From: an uncultured virus (IMG/VR IMGVR_UViG_3300042905_002851) | Lineage: Duplodnaviria > Heunggongvirae > Uroviricota > Caudoviricetes | IMG/VR virus record: IMGVR_UViG_3300042905_002851 | Reading direction: 5' to 3' (one strand) | Length of the DNA: 64,000 bases | Notes under the pieces: generated by a model | What the model was told of the DNA's origin: nothing | Database searches by the model: none | Seen by the model: only the letters and a program-made list of their open reading frames with translations | Shown: positions 32,098-42,053 of the stretch, piece by piece | Layout: each line of letters opens with the position of its first letter | How positions within the stretch are numbered: position 1 is the first letter of the stretch | Position numbers and translations under genes: made by a program

Positions 32098-33780
32098 TTA
32101 TTTTATTTTTGTCATTAAATCCTTCATTCTTAAAAATTGTGGATTCTCATACGTTTTTGATTCAATCAAATTAACTGAAGATCCTGTATCAGCAGTTTTA
32201 TTAACAGTTCTTTGAATTGACTCGTTTATTTTTTGTTCACCTGTTGAACCATTAGATGATAATTCACCTTTAATTGTTCTATATAGGTTTTTTGATTCTT
32301 TTAAAGATTCAAGATTATCAAATCTTCTTAAAATATTTATTTTTTCTTGTTTTGTTGTTGAATGTTCGGTAAAAAGTCTTGTAGCGTAAGCCAAGTTAGA
32401 ATTAAATACCGCAACTTCATTTAATTTTGTTCTAAAAACATCAAGAGCCGCTTTGTATTCTTCATTTTTTTCTTTTAATAAATAAACTTCATTATTTGAA
32501 TAGTTTTCCGAAATTTTAAATGGACTGTATTCATAATTTCTGTTGTTTGTTTTCGCTTTTCTTAAACCACGGCTACCATCTTTAGATCCATTACCATAAG
32601 TTCTTGCCGCTTCTTTGGTCTCAACTTTTTTAGCCATAGATCCTTTTTCCATGTTCATACCTTCCTTATATTCAAATTTTGGTTTTCCTGTTCCAGTGGC
32701 TTTAATACCTTTACCAAACGCTTCTTTTCGTTTTTCGTTAAATCCGCCACCCATATTAGGTTTTTTGTCATATGAAAATTTAGGACCTCTACGGTTTTCA
32801 GTTCCTTTTGATTTTAAAGATTTTAAAGATTTTTTAACCGCTTCCATTACATCTTCAACAGAATTCATGTCCATATCTTCATTATAATCCATACCTTCAG
32901 TATATTCATCCATTCCCATACCTAAATCATCCATTCCCATACCATCATCATCCATACCTTCCATAGATTCCATTCTTCCCATACCTTCAGTATCATCTCC
33001 ATCTATTTCCAACTCATATGATGTTTCTTCATCATCATCATCTCCATCTATTTCCAACTCATATGATGTTTCTTCATCATCATCATCATCATCCATTTCT
33101 GAAAATCTATTTCCACGAGATCTGATCGCATCTCTCACAGGAGTTTCGAACCTGCCTTTATGTGATCTGATTGCGTCTCTCACAGGAGTTTCAAATCCCA
33201 TTTCATCTTCATCTTCGTATGAGAAATCATCTTCGTCTGAGAAATCATCTTCGTCTGAGAAATCATTATCCTCATCACCCATTCCGTCCATTTCTATTTC
33301 ATATATTAGTTGATTACGATTATTACCGTAAGATTCTCCTAATTGAATCATATATTCATTATCACCGTCTTTAAGGTTTATATTACCACCTTCTTTTTTT
33401 ATTACGATTCCATCATCATCCCCCATTGCTTTAAAAACTCTAAGAACTTCCGCATCAGATGCGTCTGTCATATCAATAGTTTCATCATCCATTTCAGGGT
33501 CCATTTCCATTTCAGGGTCCATTTCCATGTCTTCATCATCCATTTCCATGTCCTCATCGTCCATTTCCATGTCCTCATCGTCCATTTCCATGTCCTCATC
33601 CTCCATGTCGTCAACGGGTTCTTCAATCTCATCTTGTTCTCTAAGAGATTCTTTTACTAATTGTTTGATTTCTTCACTCATTGTAGATTGAAGTATTCCT
33701 TTTGCGTTCTCTTGAAGAGTCTCTTCCAAATTTCGTATTTGAAATAGAGCGTCTTCTACTACATTTTTGTTATAATTCAT
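32098..33780 (-). CDS. Prohead core/scaffolding protein (gp22-like position) with acidic repeats
   Basis: Lies between protease and MCP; D/E/M-rich; coiled-coil C-terminus; many LxE sites. Confidence 0.75.
   Translation of the reverse strand: MNYNKNVVEDALFQIRNLEETLQENAKGILQSTMSEEIKQLVKESLREQDEIEEPVDDMEDEDMEMDDEDMEMDDEDMEMDDEDMEMDPEMEMDPEMDDETIDMTDASDAEVLRVFKAMGDDDGIVIKKEGGNINLKDGDNEYMIQLGESYGNNRNQLIYEIEMDGMGDEDNDFSDEDDFSDEDDFSYEDEDEMGFETPVRDAIRSHKGRFETPVRDAIRSRGNRFSEMDDDDDDEETSYELEIDGDDDDEETSYELEIDGDDTEGMGRMESMEGMDDDGMGMDDLGMGMDEYTEGMDYNEDMDMNSVEDVMEAVKKSLKSLKSKGTENRRGPKFSYDKKPNMGGGFNEKRKEAFGKGIKATGTGKPKFEYKEGMNMEKGSMAKKVETKEAARTYGNGSKDGSRGLRKAKTNNRNYEYSPFKISENYSNNEVYLLKEKNEEYKAALDVFRTKLNEVAVFNSNLAYATRLFTEHSTTKQEKINILRRFDNLESLKESKNLYRTIKGELSSNGSTGEQKINESIQRTVNKTADTGSSVNLIESKTYENPQFLRMKDLMTKIK
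32990..33605 (-). repeat. Coding tandem repeats in scaffold (EDMEMDD x3, EDDFS, FETPVRDAIRS x2, DDEETSYELEIDG x2)
   Basis: Direct repeats visible in both DNA and protein. Confidence 0.85.
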
Positions 33781-33853
33781 ATTTTTTTATAATAGTTCAT
33801 CAATAAATATCATTAACTTTTAAAAAAACAATAATTTTTTATTTTTTAGGCAT

Positions 33854-33890
33854 AAAAAAAGGAAAAAGATTATTTTCTTTTTCCTTTTTT
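33854..33890 (-). terminator. Terminator hairpin
   Basis: AAAAAAGGAAAAGA...TCTTTTTCCTTTTTT inverted repeat. Confidence 0.55.
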
Positions 33891-33907
33891 ATATTATTAA
33901 AAATATT

Positions 33908-34120
33908 TTAATTTTCAATAACCTCATTAATTTTTGATTCAACAATTGCTGTTATTCTCCAATCCATTGAATAATTTTCAAAAATTTTAGTAACTTTAGC
34001 CTCAACATCTGTTGGGCTATATCCTTTTACTAATTTTTCTTCTTTCATTTTTTTTACTTTTCCTGTTTCATTATCAACCACATCGGTTGTAATTCTTGAT
34101 ATAAAATACTTTTCGTCCAT
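33908..34120 (-). CDS. Small protein, DUF4494-like
   Basis: YF..I......GK.KK.KE..LV...S.TDVEA pattern. Confidence 0.5.
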   Translation of the reverse strand: MDEKYFISRITTDVVDNETGKVKKMKEEKLVKGYSPTDVEAKVTKIFENYSMDWRITAIVESKINEVIEN

Positions 34121-34131
34121 AATAATTTTTT

Positions 34132-34860
34132 TTATTTATCTAAATAATGAGTTAATCTTTTCATTAAGTCAAGCGATTTATTACCAGACTCCCCAACATT
34201 TCTTTCTACGGACATTCTTTTTTCTTCATCTAAATTTTCTTCGTATTTCATTCTATCGTTTCTATCTGTGAATAAGTATGCACCAGGGGTAGACGGTGAA
34301 GATACAAGATCAAAACATATTAATTCAAAATCATCCTGAACTTCATTTTGTTCCCCAACTTTTTTTAATGATCCAACACCACGAGAAGATATTCCTAATG
34401 TAACACCTTGACGTAAATAATTGGCCGCTAAATCACCTTTTGTTGATACAATACCTCTTTCGTGAAAACCTGGACTTGTTAGTAATTTTAATTTACCCAA
34501 TAAAACAGGACCATCCCACCATATTTCTGTGATCATGTGAGAAACCCTATCTAAATCGATTAGAGAAGATTCAGGATGGTTTAACTCAGAAAGAGATGTT
34601 CCTTTATTAATAATTTTTTTATAATTATCAGCTTCTCTTTTTAATATTTTTTCAGGATAAATTCTTCCGTTTCTATTTGGGGTATTGTATTTTTGTAAAA
34701 CAGCGTAAAACTCAAATGGTTTTGAGTGATCCAACATATCTCGATTTTCTCTTATCATAGATAAGTTTCTTCGTTCATTTGGGTCTATATAACCAGCGTC
34801 ATACTCAACAAGAATCCCACGTCCGGAATCTTTTGGTCCCAATATTTTTAAGTTTTCCAT
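34132..34860 (-). CDS. Prohead protease, T4 gp21-like
   Basis: NRNGRIYP, ELNHP, VSH, GISSRGVGS, DLVSSPSTPGA. Confidence 0.93.
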   Translation of the reverse strand: MENLKILGPKDSGRGILVEYDAGYIDPNERRNLSMIRENRDMLDHSKPFEFYAVLQKYNTPNRNGRIYPEKILKREADNYKKIINKGTSLSELNHPESSLIDLDRVSHMITEIWWDGPVLLGKLKLLTSPGFHERGIVSTKGDLAANYLRQGVTLGISSRGVGSLKKVGEQNEVQDDFELICFDLVSSPSTPGAYLFTDRNDRMKYEENLDEEKRMSVERNVGESGNKSLDLMKRLTHYLDK

Positions 34861-34882
34861 CTATCTATTTTATATATAAATA

Positions 34883-35350
34883 CTAAATAGTTTCAGTTTC
34901 TTTCTTTATGATTTTTGTATTTCCATTTTTAGTAAGATAAAATTTAAAATATTTGTTTTTATTCATTATTTCCCCATATATTAATTTAATTAAACTTTTT
35001 ACAATTCTTTTTAATTTTGGAGATTTAAAATCCATTTTTTCTAACAGAAACAAATTAATCTCTAAATTCATAAATGATTTTTTTTTAAGATGTAATCCAC
35101 TAGTTCTTAAATCAAGATCAACAATAAATTTAGTATCAATAATATCTTTATTTATGTTATTTAAAAGTGTGTGTTTAACGGATCTTGACATGTTTAATAC
35201 GACCCTATTCCAATCCTCCGCCTCATATTTTGGTTCTACCCAACTTTGTATGTTTATAAAAATTGATTTTAAATTTTGGGAATCAATTGTCCCATATTGT
35301 GATTTAAATGATCTATACCCGTTTAGTTTGGCAGTTTTTCCTTTCTTCAT
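34883..35350 (-). CDS. Conserved hypothetical phage protein
   Basis: ORF with TTGATA-N17-TATAAT promoter at 35388-35416. Confidence 0.7.
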   Translation of the reverse strand: MKKGKTAKLNGYRSFKSQYGTIDSQNLKSIFINIQSWVEPKYEAEDWNRVVLNMSRSVKHTLLNNINKDIIDTKFIVDLDLRTSGLHLKKKSFMNLEINLFLLEKMDFKSPKLKRIVKSLIKLIYGEIMNKNKYFKFYLTKNGNTKIIKKETETI

Positions 35351-35437
35351 AAATTTTCTTCATATACTTAATGTTTATTTTGATATAATTATAATTAATT
35401 ATTATTGTTATATCAACAAACCTAATAAAATGAAAAT

Positions 35438-35626
35438 ATGTTAATCGTGACAGTAAAAAAGGGGGGTATTGAGAAATCCTTAAAACTTTTAAAGAGAAAA
35501 TTAATTAATACAAATCAAAATGAAATCTTATTAAACAAAAAAGAGTATATTAAACCATCTATACTTAATAGAGAAAAAAACAAAAAGGCGATTTATATTC
35601 AAAAATTAAAATTAAATAAAGATTAA
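35438..35626 (+). CDS. rpsU: Phage-encoded ribosomal protein bS21
   Basis: MLIV.VK.G.IEKSLK..KRK...KEYIKPS..NRE...KAIY resembles Bacteroidota bS21; located in head module. Confidence 0.8.
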   Translation: MLIVTVKKGGIEKSLKLLKRKLINTNQNEILLNKKEYIKPSILNREKNKKAIYIQKLKLNKD

Positions 35627-36336
35627 AGACTTTCTTTAAGTTGTTTTAAATGATAATAGTTTAATTCTGAAAAAGATTCTTTTTGAATTTTTAATAAAAC
35701 TTGATCTATTGTGTTAATTGTGTCAGAATCGTTTTCATTATTTTTTTTTTCATTTAACTTTTCTAAAACCAAATCCTTAGCGTCATTGTAATTTTCAATT
35801 AACTGTGTTTTTGGTGTTGATAGAATTTTTTTAAGTTCTTTTTGTTCTGATTCTTTTAATGAGGAAATAAATTTCCCAACAGTTTTATTTGCAACATTTA
35901 ACATTGACTTTAATGGAACCTTAATGATTTCTTTTTTTTCTTGTTCTTTAGTTTTTAAAATTTCGCAAATAATTTTTTTACTCTTAATTTTACTTTCTAA
36001 AGTTAAAACGTCTGTTGAAAACAGATTATCTATTTCTTTATATTTGTTTTCACATTTTATGTGACCAACCCACATTTTAATTTCTTTTAAACTATAAGGA
36101 TTTACCTTATTAGTTAAATTTTCATATGCGGTGATTGATTCATTTATAAATTCATTTACAATACTTTCTTGAAGACCTTTTTTAGTTGACAATTCATCAT
36201 ACAAAAAAAATATTCTAGATATGTTTTTGTTTTTTAACACTAACTCCTCAAATATAAATAAGTTATCTTTTAAAGTTCCCTTTTTATACGACTCACTTAA
36301 GTAAATTTCTATTTTTGATTTTAATTCTCCAAACAT
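35623..36336 (-). CDS. Conserved head-module hypothetical protein
   Basis: ORF between portal and protease; late motif upstream. Confidence 0.7.
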   Translation of the reverse strand: MFGELKSKIEIYLSESYKKGTLKDNLFIFEELVLKNKNISRIFFLYDELSTKKGLQESIVNEFINESITAYENLTNKVNPYSLKEIKMWVGHIKCENKYKEIDNLFSTDVLTLESKIKSKKIICEILKTKEQEKKEIIKVPLKSMLNVANKTVGKFISSLKESEQKELKKILSTPKTQLIENYNDAKDLVLEKLNEKKNNENDSDTINTIDQVLLKIQKESFSELNYYHLKQLKESL

Positions 36337-36357
36337 TTGTATTTTTTTAAATAAATA

Positions 36358-36816
36358 TCAAGATATTTTGTTTATTTCATCAATATCGGTGTCAGTTGTT
36401 TCTTCATCATATTCATCTCTGTCAATCATCTCACCATCCCACCAATCTGAATTATCAAACCAACCCACAAAATCTTGAACATCGTCCTCATCTTCTAAGT
36501 AACTATCTACCGTGTTTTTCCACATTTCTTTAACACTAATTGTTGCATATCTTCTTGTGATAATTTCGTAAGTATGTAATTCAGGAATTTTAATTGGCTC
36601 AGTTTCATAATTAGGGTTCATTCGGTATAACGAATAAATAAATGAAAAATCTTCGGTTTCAATCGCCATTCCAATATCGTCTAAAATGTCTTTAACTATT
36701 TTTTCATTAACCCCCGAAACTAATTCTCTTGGTTGACCATATTTACCAATATCATTATTCATCTTTTTTAAAATGAACCTCATGTTTTTTTCAGTAAGAT
36801 TTTTGAATTTACTCAT
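36358..36816 (-). CDS. Hypothetical protein
   Basis: ORF with late motif upstream. Confidence 0.65.
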   Translation of the reverse strand: MSKFKNLTEKNMRFILKKMNNDIGKYGQPRELVSGVNEKIVKDILDDIGMAIETEDFSFIYSLYRMNPNYETEPIKIPELHTYEIITRRYATISVKEMWKNTVDSYLEDEDDVQDFVGWFDNSDWWDGEMIDRDEYDEETTDTDIDEINKIS

Positions 36817-36827
36817 ATTAATAAATA

Positions 36828-38630
36828 CTAATCACCAAGAAGTTTTGATAATTGATCTTCTAAATCACCTAAAGAATTATTTATTTTTTTAAAATCTAAA
36901 AACTCATCTTCATTAAAATCATCCTCATTTGATTCTAATATTAATTTATTTTTATCTTTTCTTATTGATTCAGGTATTGGTGGTGGTGGTGGTGGTGCCC
37001 CTCCTGCGTCAGGTGGTGGTGGAGCTCCTCCTGCACCCGCAGCTGGTGCTCCTCCCGCTGGTAATGTTGTTCCTGTTACAGGTTTGTAAAGTCTATCTAC
37101 GGTGTCAAAAATTCCTGTTCTAGTTACTATTGTTGCCGTATTATCTAATTCTGCAGAAACCGCTCTTTCCATTCTAATTTGTAATAGTTCGTTTTTAATT
37201 TCATCATCAGAAAACCCAAAAATGTGTTTTTTAGCCCAAGTAGCGGAAACTGGTTGGATTGATTTAGGAATTTCACTAACCATGTCTTTATATAATGTAA
37301 TTTTTGTCGCCCAAACGTCGATCATTAATAAATCGGCTTGTTTTGATGGATTTGTAAGTTGTAATGTAAAATTTGATAATTCATCCTCAAACCCCATTAA
37401 AAATAAATGAATGATTGCTATTTTATTCATTTCTGCAATTGCGGATTTTTGAATCCTGTTAATTGTTCTTGCGAAACGAATATCTAATAAAGATAAATTC
37501 TTACCATCACCAACTGGTTCTTCAAACCCTAAATAAGCCTTTGGAACACGAAGAGCGGTAACTAATTTCTTTTGGATGTATTCAATATCTGCAATTTCAG
37601 ACAAATTGGTTCCACCAGGTAATGTTTCAATTGGCATAGTTGCTGCAGCATCCCTAACAGGAATAAAGTAATCTTGATCCACGGCCATTTGATTAAATCT
37701 TAAATCTACATTTCCCGTTTTTCTATCAACAACCTGATCTCTTTTAAATTTATTTGCAACTCTTTGAACGTATGGTTCTACATCTTTGTCGTCCATATTA
37801 CCAACAAATACTTTAAAAACTCTTCTTTCGGGAGCTCTTGACGTTCTATAAATTAACATCGCGTCTTCTGCCAATACCAATTGTTTCCAAATACGACGAG
37901 CCTTTTCTAACATTGATGTCCCATAAGGTAGTTTTCTATCATCACCTAATAACCTAAAATGGCCAATCTCCCAAGTATTAAATTCAGTGCTTTTAACTTT
38001 CCAAATAAACTTAAGATCTTTTCTATTAACATTAACCGTTGCAGTGCTAGTTTTAGATTCAATACCCCTCTCCAATCTTTCAATTTCAATATTTGGTAAT
38101 TGCATACAACCTGTTACCCCTTTTTCTGAATCTAATTTTAGATAAACAAAATTATCACCATACTTACACATGTTTCTAATCCACATTGGTAAATTGGTAT
38201 TAATGTCTAAAACATTAACAAACAAATCAACTAAAATACTTTTTATTCTTTTTGACTCTGAATACACCTGAAGAACATATCCATCCTGGTTTGGTGTTGT
38301 AGATTCTTCAGAATATATATCTAAAGCTGTTGAAATTTCGGGGGTATACTCCATTGATTCGTAATCATAAAACGCGGCCAATCTTGTGGGTTCATAATAA
38401 ACAGCTTGAGTATAAAGATTATTTTCAACTTTAGTCCAGTTAGCCCCCAAATAAAGGGATTGTTGTTTTTGTAGTTTTTCTCTTTCGTATTCTGCCTTGT
38501 CTTTAGTTTTTAAAATTTCTGATTTATCTAACCTATAGTCAGGTTCCCCTTGACCTAATGTCCCATCAGGTCCAAATGTTTTAGATAGTTTTTGCCAAAC
38601 TGTTAGATTTTGATTATTATTATTTTCCAT
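36828..38630 (-). CDS. Portal protein, T4 gp20-like
   Basis: LAEDAMLIYRTSRAPERRVF.V.VGN, DYFIP.R, IETLPGG.NL..I.DIEY...L..AL.VP. Confidence 0.94.
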   Translation of the reverse strand: MENNNNQNLTVWQKLSKTFGPDGTLGQGEPDYRLDKSEILKTKDKAEYEREKLQKQQSLYLGANWTKVENNLYTQAVYYEPTRLAAFYDYESMEYTPEISTALDIYSEESTTPNQDGYVLQVYSESKRIKSILVDLFVNVLDINTNLPMWIRNMCKYGDNFVYLKLDSEKGVTGCMQLPNIEIERLERGIESKTSTATVNVNRKDLKFIWKVKSTEFNTWEIGHFRLLGDDRKLPYGTSMLEKARRIWKQLVLAEDAMLIYRTSRAPERRVFKVFVGNMDDKDVEPYVQRVANKFKRDQVVDRKTGNVDLRFNQMAVDQDYFIPVRDAAATMPIETLPGGTNLSEIADIEYIQKKLVTALRVPKAYLGFEEPVGDGKNLSLLDIRFARTINRIQKSAIAEMNKIAIIHLFLMGFEDELSNFTLQLTNPSKQADLLMIDVWATKITLYKDMVSEIPKSIQPVSATWAKKHIFGFSDDEIKNELLQIRMERAVSAELDNTATIVTRTGIFDTVDRLYKPVTGTTLPAGGAPAAGAGGAPPPPDAGGAPPPPPPIPESIRKDKNKLILESNEDDFNEDEFLDFKKINNSLGDLEDQLSKLLGD

Positions 38631-38692
38631 ATTAAAAATTTAACTATATATATAAATATTTCAATAGTTAGTTAGAATTTGTAAACTTACAA

Positions 38693-39046
38693 TCAAAACA
38701 TTAAATATTCTTCGTTACCAACAACAATATATTCTCCGTTTTCTGTTATTATTGGATTAATCAATTGTTCTGGTGTAGGTGTTGGTGTAACGCTAGGTGT
38801 AGGAGTTGGTGTAGATGTTGGTGTAAAGCTAGGGGTAGGTGTAGGCGTTAATGTTGGTGTAACGCTAGGAGTTGGGGTATTTGTTGGTGTTACAATTGGT
38901 AAAGATTCTAATTTAGGATTTGGTGGTGCGCTTTTTTGACTAAAAGTGTTAGGAAAAACTTTTTGTCCGGTAGTAATTTGTCCGGGAACAATCAATCGTG
39001 ATCCATTAGCAAGTTTTCCTGATCTTTTTCTAAACTCTAATCCCAT
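38693..39046 (-). CDS. Small Pro-Thr repeat protein
   Basis: (TP)n tract; C-terminal IITENGEYI motif. Confidence 0.7.
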   Translation of the reverse strand: MGLEFRKRSGKLANGSRLIVPGQITTGQKVFPNTFSQKSAPPNPKLESLPIVTPTNTPTPSVTPTLTPTPTPSFTPTSTPTPTPSVTPTPTPEQLINPIITENGEYIVVGNEEYLMF

Positions 39047-39050
39047 TATA

Positions 39051-40829
39051 TTATTTTATTAAACCACCAAATAACCAACTATATTTTTGATAGTCTTCTT
39101 TTGATGCGCCATTATTATTTAACCCATATCTTTCATTTATAACATTTTGATTGGGTATTGAAGGATCAAAATGGGCCTCTTTAGACACCGATTCATTATT
39201 TACTACAGCCCATGACTCAAGCATTGATTTTGCCTGTTCTGTGGCTTTTTCTAATTTTGAAAATGATGATTCAGCAATGTAGATTGCCATTGAAATTCCC
39301 ATTATTAAATCATCATGTTGGCCTTTTTGGTGATCTGGTCTTCCATTAATATAAATAAAGGTATTCATCTCATTGTATAATCGAACACTTTTAATTTTAA
39401 ATTTATGTCTTACCCACTCCTCAAACGCGGCTATTATTTGAACTCGTTTATTGTTAAAATTTATTCCAGGAATTTTTTCAACAGACGTTTTATTGTTTGC
39501 CCAAATATTAAACGGATCGATTCCCTCAACGTAAAGACTTCTATATCCAAGTTCTTGCATTTTTCTAACTGTTGTAATTCCCATTCCTCCTGTTATATCG
39601 ACAACAACAAATGCGTTATACATCATTCCCCACTTATATGCTATTTCAGCTAAAGTATCTGGAGGAATTTTTCCAACATATTCAAAAACCTGTTCTCTAT
39701 TATCAAAATCAACAATTTGAATTGATGAAAAATCCTCACTATCACCTCTAGAAACGTCAACCCCCATAATGTATTTATGACCCTCAACAGGATCGCTCCA
39801 AATCCAAATAGAATTACCCATAAGTTTTGACTTGGGTTCTTCAAGTGAGTTGTTTTTTATTTCCTCAAGTTGATTATTGTCAAACACGTTATCACCAGAC
39901 CCTAAAAACTCACAATTTAATTCCTGATTTATTTTTCTTTTGTCATATTTAAGTTTTTTAACCATTTTTTCATACCAAGGGGAACATGGTTTGTATCCTT
40001 GTTTAAAAAAATGATAAAGTTCTTCATAATCTCTATTGTATGGGTCACTATTTGAAAATGATATATTTTTTGATAGGTCGTGATCATCGCGATTTAACAA
40101 ATAATGAACAATATCGTTTGTTGGAACTAAATATAATTCTTTTGTATATCTTGGATCTTTATACCAATACATTTCGGAAATTTTAAACTGATTCATTCCT
40201 TTTAATGCTTGGTCGTAAATTTCATAATAAATTGGGTCATACCCATTGGGGGTGGATATTACTATTACTTTACCACCGGTGGATAAGGACGCCATACAAG
40301 CCGCCCAAAAATCATTATCTGCCTCAATAAAGGCCGCCTCATCAAAAACAAGAATAGTTGGTGTAAAACCACGAAGTGCATCTTTTGATGTTGCAACTGC
40401 CTTAACCTCAGATCCATTTGTTAATTTATAATGTCTTTGTGAATTTTTTTCAACAGCAAAACCAGCTCCAACCCATGATGGCCATTGAGACACAAAAGCC
40501 CTGATTTTATTTGCCATTTCTTGAGATGTGTCAAGTTTGTTTGCAATTATTAATATTTTTTCTGGTTGAGTTTTTTTTGCAAATACTAATTTTTTTGAAA
40601 CCCAAGCTGCCGTAACCGTTGATACACCAGCTTGTCTATATTTTAAAGCAATATTTTCTTCATATTCTTCATAATCTTTAAGTAGTAATATTTGATCGGG
40701 AAATAATTCTAATGGAACATACATTGAAACTGTGTTATCGTATGTTTGGAGATATGTTCTAAGGGCGTACGGAGTATCGTTCATACACTTAACATATTCA
40801 ATCATTACTTGCTCTTTAGATAATCCCAT
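39051..40829 (-). CDS. terL: Terminase large subunit, T4 gp17-like
   Basis: KYRQAGVST Walker A, FDEAAF Walker B, ISTPNG, GVDVSRG..DFS and HDDL nuclease motifs. Confidence 0.95.
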   Translation of the reverse strand: MGLSKEQVMIEYVKCMNDTPYALRTYLQTYDNTVSMYVPLELFPDQILLLKDYEEYEENIALKYRQAGVSTVTAAWVSKKLVFAKKTQPEKILIIANKLDTSQEMANKIRAFVSQWPSWVGAGFAVEKNSQRHYKLTNGSEVKAVATSKDALRGFTPTILVFDEAAFIEADNDFWAACMASLSTGGKVIVISTPNGYDPIYYEIYDQALKGMNQFKISEMYWYKDPRYTKELYLVPTNDIVHYLLNRDDHDLSKNISFSNSDPYNRDYEELYHFFKQGYKPCSPWYEKMVKKLKYDKRKINQELNCEFLGSGDNVFDNNQLEEIKNNSLEEPKSKLMGNSIWIWSDPVEGHKYIMGVDVSRGDSEDFSSIQIVDFDNREQVFEYVGKIPPDTLAEIAYKWGMMYNAFVVVDITGGMGITTVRKMQELGYRSLYVEGIDPFNIWANNKTSVEKIPGINFNNKRVQIIAAFEEWVRHKFKIKSVRLYNEMNTFIYINGRPDHQKGQHDDLIMGISMAIYIAESSFSKLEKATEQAKSMLESWAVVNNESVSKEAHFDPSIPNQNVINERYGLNNNGASKEDYQKYSWLFGGLIK

Positions 40830-40867
40830 ATTTAATAAATATCAATCTGAGAGGTTTGTTGTAAAGA

Positions 40868-41662
40868 TTACTTTTTTCCTATTGAAAACATTTTTGCTAT
40901 TGGTAATTCCATAGGAGCTTCATTAGAAAACATTGTCATTTTTTTTGGTTTACGAAGAATCATAGATTCAGATTCTTTTTTTGGTGTTTTTTTTCTTCTT
41001 TTTTTTTCCTCTTCTATCATTTCCAAAATTTTATTTTCCCAATATTTTTGTGAACCCTCATTGGTTTTTTCGGGACTTTTTTTTTCTGGCATTTTTTTGT
41101 AATCTTTCTTAGATGTTGAATCTGAGAATTCTTTAGCCATTTTACACCATTTACATTTTTTGTCTGAACATTTATTACAACGATCCCAAAATAAACCTTG
41201 TTGAGATTTAGATTGAAATTTTTCATTAATTTCTGATTCCGCCATACCCATCATAGATCGATTTTCTCCTGAGTCATCACCCATACCATCATCTGCCATG
41301 TCATTAGCGTCATGAGGTGATTCCTGTCCTGTATATGATTGTAGAGCATCTTTACCTAAAGCATTTGATGATGTTACATCATCCGTTTCATCTTCTTTGA
41401 TTTCATTTTCCATTGGGGTTGCGGTTACGCTACCATCTGTATTTGTTTTAACATCATAACCTTTGGTATTTGGGGGTAATTTACCTGGCCCCGCAATTTT
41501 ATATGAGGTTTTTGCTGGTTCAGTGACTTGTGTAACCTGTTCTTTATTTTCCTTTTTAAATTTCTCAACCAAAACTTTAACTTGGCTATCAGTCATTTTT
41601 GACACAGTATTGATAGATAAACCATTTTCTATTAAAAAAACTATATTTTTTTTAGTTCTCAT
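40868..41662 (-). CDS. Hypothetical phage protein
   Basis: ATG at 41662; INEKFQSKSQQ...C motif. Confidence 0.65.
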   Translation of the reverse strand: MRTKKNIVFLIENGLSINTVSKMTDSQVKVLVEKFKKENKEQVTQVTEPAKTSYKIAGPGKLPPNTKGYDVKTNTDGSVTATPMENEIKEDETDDVTSSNALGKDALQSYTGQESPHDANDMADDGMGDDSGENRSMMGMAESEINEKFQSKSQQGLFWDRCNKCSDKKCKWCKMAKEFSDSTSKKDYKKMPEKKSPEKTNEGSQKYWENKILEMIEEEKKRRKKTPKKESESMILRKPKKMTMFSNEAPMELPIAKMFSIGKK

Positions 41663-42053
41663 AAATAACTTCTTTTTCAAATTGTAATACTATATCTCTT
41701 TCATATAGTTTGTTTTTAACAGATTCTTCATTTTCACCAAAATGGAAAACCATTCTTTTAATTGAAGAGAAGTCTTTATCTTCATTTTCCCACCCTAAAG
41801 AAATAACTCCATCCATAGAATCAATAACCGAAAAAACATCTGAGTTTTGTATTAAATCAAACACAATGTCCTCATTCAATAAAGATCCAACTTTTTTTAT
41901 ATATTCAATATCTGGAGGTAATGGATATCCATTTGCTGGTTTTGAATCCCAATACTCACCAAAAACATCTAAAGTATCTGAAAATATAAATTCATAAATG
42001 TTGTCTCCTTTATAATTGGGACCTAAACCATTTATGTAAATTAAATAATTCAT
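41652..42053 (-). CDS. Conserved hypothetical phage protein
   Basis: Operon-packed; YEFIFS motif. Confidence 0.7.
   Translation of the reverse strand: MNYLIYINGLGPNYKGDNIYEFIFSDTLDVFGEYWDSKPANGYPLPPDIEYIKKVGSLLNEDIVFDLIQNSDVFSVIDSMDGVISLGWENEDKDFSSIKRMVFHFGENEESVKNKLYERDIVLQFEKEVIYEN

Noticed and set aside
32990..33660. CRISPR array or antisense ORFs in the scaffold gene
   Set aside because: Repeats are codon-phased acidic peptide repeats without spacers
34953..35444. Plus-strand 163-aa ORF and similar hydrophobic antisense ORFs elsewhere (e.g. 3386, 23755, 61685)
   Set aside because: Typical antisense shadows of Lys/Glu-rich AT-rich genes
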